Assembly: GCA_013239625.1 (NCBI GenBank)
Contig: MU054338.1
Location: 3,123,371 to 3,187,370, forward strand
DNA: 64,000 bases
Origin: Lama guanicoe
Taxonomy: Eukaryota
Reading direction: 5' to 3'
Shown here: in pieces, positions 60,832 to 64,000 of the stretch
Layout of the letters: each line of letters begins with the position of its first letter
Position numbering within the stretch: the first letter of the stretch is position 1
Program-made: the position numbers and the translations under genes
Notes under the pieces: model-generated
The model's database searches: none
What the model was told of the DNA's origin: nothing
What the model saw: the letters and a program-made list of their open reading frames with translations, nothing else

Positions 60832-61211
60832 AAGGCAACACTGGAGCTCTGGGCACCTACGGCTCGCAGGCCTCAGCCCCGCTCTGCTCGAGAATGAATG
60901 TCAGCTCCCCACCCCAGCCCGAGGAGGCCCACCTCGAAGCCCGGAGTCCAAGCCCCTTAGCTAAACGCTGATATGCAGGGGCCTGGGTGTAGAAAAGGGA
61001 GCGAGATGTAAGAACTATATTTCTGGTTTTTAAGGAGGAAAACACATTTTTTGGAATTTTCTAGAATTTTTTTTTTCCCTGGAAACTTCTCCCCACCAAC
61101 TGATGTGAGGTTCAGAACTCACTTCCTCCAAGCTCAGAGAGGGTGAGGGACTGGTTGGTTCTGAGGACCTCACCCTCCAGAGGTGGCAGCTGAGATGAAT
61201 GGCAGGAACCT

Positions 61212-61655
61212 TTAGGAATCTGGTTCCAAGCAAGGCTCGGGGGTAGGGGGCTCAGTGCTGCCTGCTGGCCTTTCCGGGAGGACGGAGCCCCCCGAGCTCT
61301 TCTCCTGTCTCTCCTCCTTCTCTTCTGGGCCCTTCTCCACAACTCCGGGGGCGAAGGGCCCCACGAGCCACATGATGGGTGTGTTCTGGGCCACATACTC
61401 CACCATGTGATCCAGGGCCTCTCGGGCCCTGGCCACCTGCTCGCGGCTCTGCGTCAGGACGCTGCTGGACAGGTCCTGGAAAGAGTGGACGCCGGAGAAG
61501 GTGGCTTGGAGCTCCTCCACTTGGCGGCGAGCCTGCAGTGCCTGGTCCTTCACATGGGTGGGCAGCCCCTGGAGGCTAGAGCCCAGCGAGGCACAGGTGG
61601 TCTGCAGCTGCTGGGCGACGTCACGGAACATGGTGAGCGTCTGGGACTCGACTTG
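61212..61655 (-). CDS. PLIN3: Perilipin-3 (TIP47) last coding exon; upstream exons lie beyond the window
   Basis: Acceptor CCCTTCTTAG|CAA; peptide [18 protein letters not shown]...[18 protein letters not shown] (perilipin C-terminal WLVGPF motif); synteny with TICAM1. Confidence 0.95.
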   Translation of the reverse strand, partial: QVESQTLTMFRDVAQQLQTTCASLGSSLQGLPTHVKDQALQARRQVEELQATFSGVHSFQDLSSSVLTQSREQVARAREALDHMVEYVAQNTPIMWLVGPFAPGVVEKGPEEKEERQEKSSGGSVLPERPAGSTEPPTPEPCLEPDS

Positions 61656-61807
61656 CTAAGAAGGGAATGGGGTGGGAGATGATCAGGACCCTTCGCCTTG
61701 GGGTAAGTGGACCCAAAGCTTGGGAGAAGCTGTCAGGCACAGCAGTTCAGAATACCGACTCCTTCAAATCGTGTTGAGATAATCACCACTCAAACTAAAA
61801 AACAGCA

Positions 61808-62050
61808 GGGAGGGTGTAACTCAGTGGGAAAGCATGTGCTTAACACGCATGAGGTCCTGGGTTCAATCCCCAGTACCTCCAGTAGAAAATAAATAAATAA
61901 ATACACCTAATTAATTTCCCCTCCACCCCCCCAAAAAAAATCCCACTGGGGAGGTGGGAATACCTCAGTGGTAGAGCACATGCTTAGCACGCATGAGGTC
62001 CTGGGTTCAATCCCAGTACATCCATTAAAAAAAACAAGCAAAAAATAAAA
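61808..62050 (+). mobile_element. Two tandem tRNA-derived SINEs
   Basis: Heads at ~61808 and ~61948, both with GAGGTCCTGGGTTCAATCCC. Confidence 0.88.
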
Positions 62051-62059
62051 TTGAAAAAC

Positions 62060-62815
62060 AAGCACACACATTTTCCCCAGGAAGACAGCCAATAAGCATG
62101 TGAAAAGGTCTTCAGCTCCTTCACTCATTAGGGAAGTGCAGCTCAAACCCACAGGGAGACACACCTCACCCCCACTGGGGCAGCTGAAGTCAAAAGGACA
62201 GATACTGGCAGGTGTTGGCAAGGACAGGGGGAAACTGGAACCCTTGTATGTTGCCGGTGGTGCAGTCACTTTGGAAGACAGGCTGGCGGTCCCTCGAAGT
62301 GTTAAACTAGCTACACTATGACCGAGCAAGTCCGCTTCCAGGGGCCGGCCCAAGAGAAATGAAAGCACACGCCACCCAGAGACTCATACATAAATGCTCA
62401 AAGGGGCGTTACTCACAGGAGCCCAAAGTGGAAACAGCCCGCATGCCCGTCAGCTGACCAGTGGATGCACACAATGCGGCCCAGCCACACATCAGAATAT
62501 TCCTCAGCCATAAAATGGAGAGAAGCCCTGACGCTCGCCAGCACATGGAAGGACCCTGAGAACACGGTGCTCAGTGAGAGAAGCAGACACAGAAGGACAC
62601 ACAGCGTGTGACTCCATGGATGTGAGACGTCCAGAACAGGCCAGTCCTCAGGGACAGAGAGTGGATCTGTGGTTGCCAGGGAGCGGAGGAGGGTGGGAAT
62701 GGGGCGTGGCTGCTAATGGGGACACCATCTCCTTCTGGGATGACAGAATTTTCTAAATGAATTGTGGCAATGGTTGCACAACCCATGAATATACTAAAAA
62801 ACACTCAATTGTACA
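62060..62815 (+). mobile_element. Old L1M 3' region, GC-shifted
   Basis: AATAAGCATGTGAAAAG, GAATATTCCTCAGCCATAAAA, GGTTGCACAACCCATGAATATACTAAAAA. Confidence 0.8.
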
Positions 62816-63028
62816 CTTTTTTATATATTTATTTTTCTTGGGGGGGAGGTAATTAGGTTTATTTATTTAATGGAGGTACTGAGAATTGAACCCTAGTCAA
62901 CTTTAGTCAATTGTGAATATGTGAATTATATCTCAATAAAAAATTTAAAAAAATTTTTAACGGAGGTACTGGGAATTGAGCCCAGGACCTCGTGCATGAG
63001 GTCTACCACTGAGTGATACACCCACCCC
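62815..63028 (-). mobile_element. Two minus-strand SINEs (one truncated)
   Basis: GGAGGTACTG(A/G)GAATTGA(A/G)CCC at ~62872 and ~62962. Confidence 0.8.
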
Positions 63029-63474
63029 TGTCAAAAATTTTAAAAGTACAAAATACTGAATTATATTTCAATAAGACTGTTTCAAAAAGTTTTTTAAAAA
63101 TGAGAAGATCTGGAAGAACTTTCTAGGCAGAAGTTGTAAACAGTAGGGGAGACTGCAATTTAGATCAAAGATCAGGTCCTTGAAAATCTCCCCAGCCAGG
63201 GAGGAGACTGGAGCGGCCTGGGACGTGAGACTCTGCCCTGAGCTCCAGCAGCTGAGGGCTCTGGACTTGAACCTGGCAGGGAAGGGCCAGTGAGAGTCTC
63301 GCTCTTCCGGCTGCTGTGGTTCAGCAGCGGGCGGTGGCAGGGGGAGGGGATGGTTTTACGCAGTTTGGGTCTGAATGTTGAACAGTTTTGCATTTCTAGA
63401 GATTTTCATGGTATCTTTATGAATATCATTTTTGTAGCACTTACGACATGCCTTATATATCAGCTCATGTGTGT

Positions 63475-63930
63475 GTTTTAAATAACTCACATACCAGGAA
63501 ACTCACCCCTTTAACTGTACAGTTCAGCGATTTAGTATATTCACAAGGTTGGGCAAACACCGTCTCTAATTCTAGAACATCCCACCACCCCAGAAGAAAC
63601 CCTTCCCAGGAGCAGCCCCTCCCACCCCCCTCCCAGCTCCCCACAACCGCTGCCCACTGTCTGTGTCTGCGCTGGCCTGTTCTGGACGCCTCACATCTGC
63701 GGACTCACACGCTGCGTGTCCTTCAGTGTCTGCTTCTCCCTGAGCACCGTGCCCTCAGGGTCTGGCCCCGTTGTCCTGAGAGTCAGTTTCTCTCTCTCTC
63801 TCACGGCTGAGTCATGTTCCCTTGTGTGGAGGGACACATTTGTTTATCCATCATCTACGGATGGACATTTGGGCCATTTCCACTTTGTGGCTGTTGTGAA
63901 GCATGCTACTGTGAACGTGTATGTAAATTT
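63475..63930 (-). mobile_element. Old L1M 3' region
   Basis: TTTGTTTATCCATCATCTACGGATGGACATTTGGGCCATTTCCACTT. Confidence 0.75.
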
Positions 63931-64000
63931 AGTTCTTTTCACCTTAAAAACCCTGCAGAAGGTCCTGCAGTGCACTCACAGATGGGGAAACTGAGGCCCA

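Overview
Mammalian, GC-rich, repeat-dense genomic DNA, most likely from a camelid: about 19 copies of a tRNA-derived SINE match the camelid Vic-1 type. The gene order miR-7-3 (+), FEM1A (+), TICAM1/TRIF (-), PLIN3 3' end (-) is the same as in the region orthologous to human 19p13.3. Contents: the miR-7-3 hairpin with a probable spliced host gene (MIR7-3HG); the intronless FEM1A CDS (664 aa); the complete TICAM1 gene (non-coding exon 1 in a CpG island, 723-aa CDS in exon 2); and the last exon of PLIN3. The rest is largely SINE, L1, L2, MaLR/ERV LTR and DNA-transposon debris, and nearly all other ORFs in the track are spurious. Most notable observations: (1) four phased, non-canonical REST/RE1-like sites, all with an 8-bp spacer, just upstream of miR-7-3; (2) an ATF4-like pair of uORFs in the FEM1A leader; (3) apparent loss of the usual PLIN3 stop codon, giving a 33-aa extension; (4) substitutions at several viral-protease cleavage sites of TRIF; (5) a local AT-to-GC substitution hotspot; (6) divergent CTCF sites between FEM1A and TICAM1. 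Comparisons with human sequences and repeat-family names are from memory and need database confirmation. Repeat boundaries are approximate.
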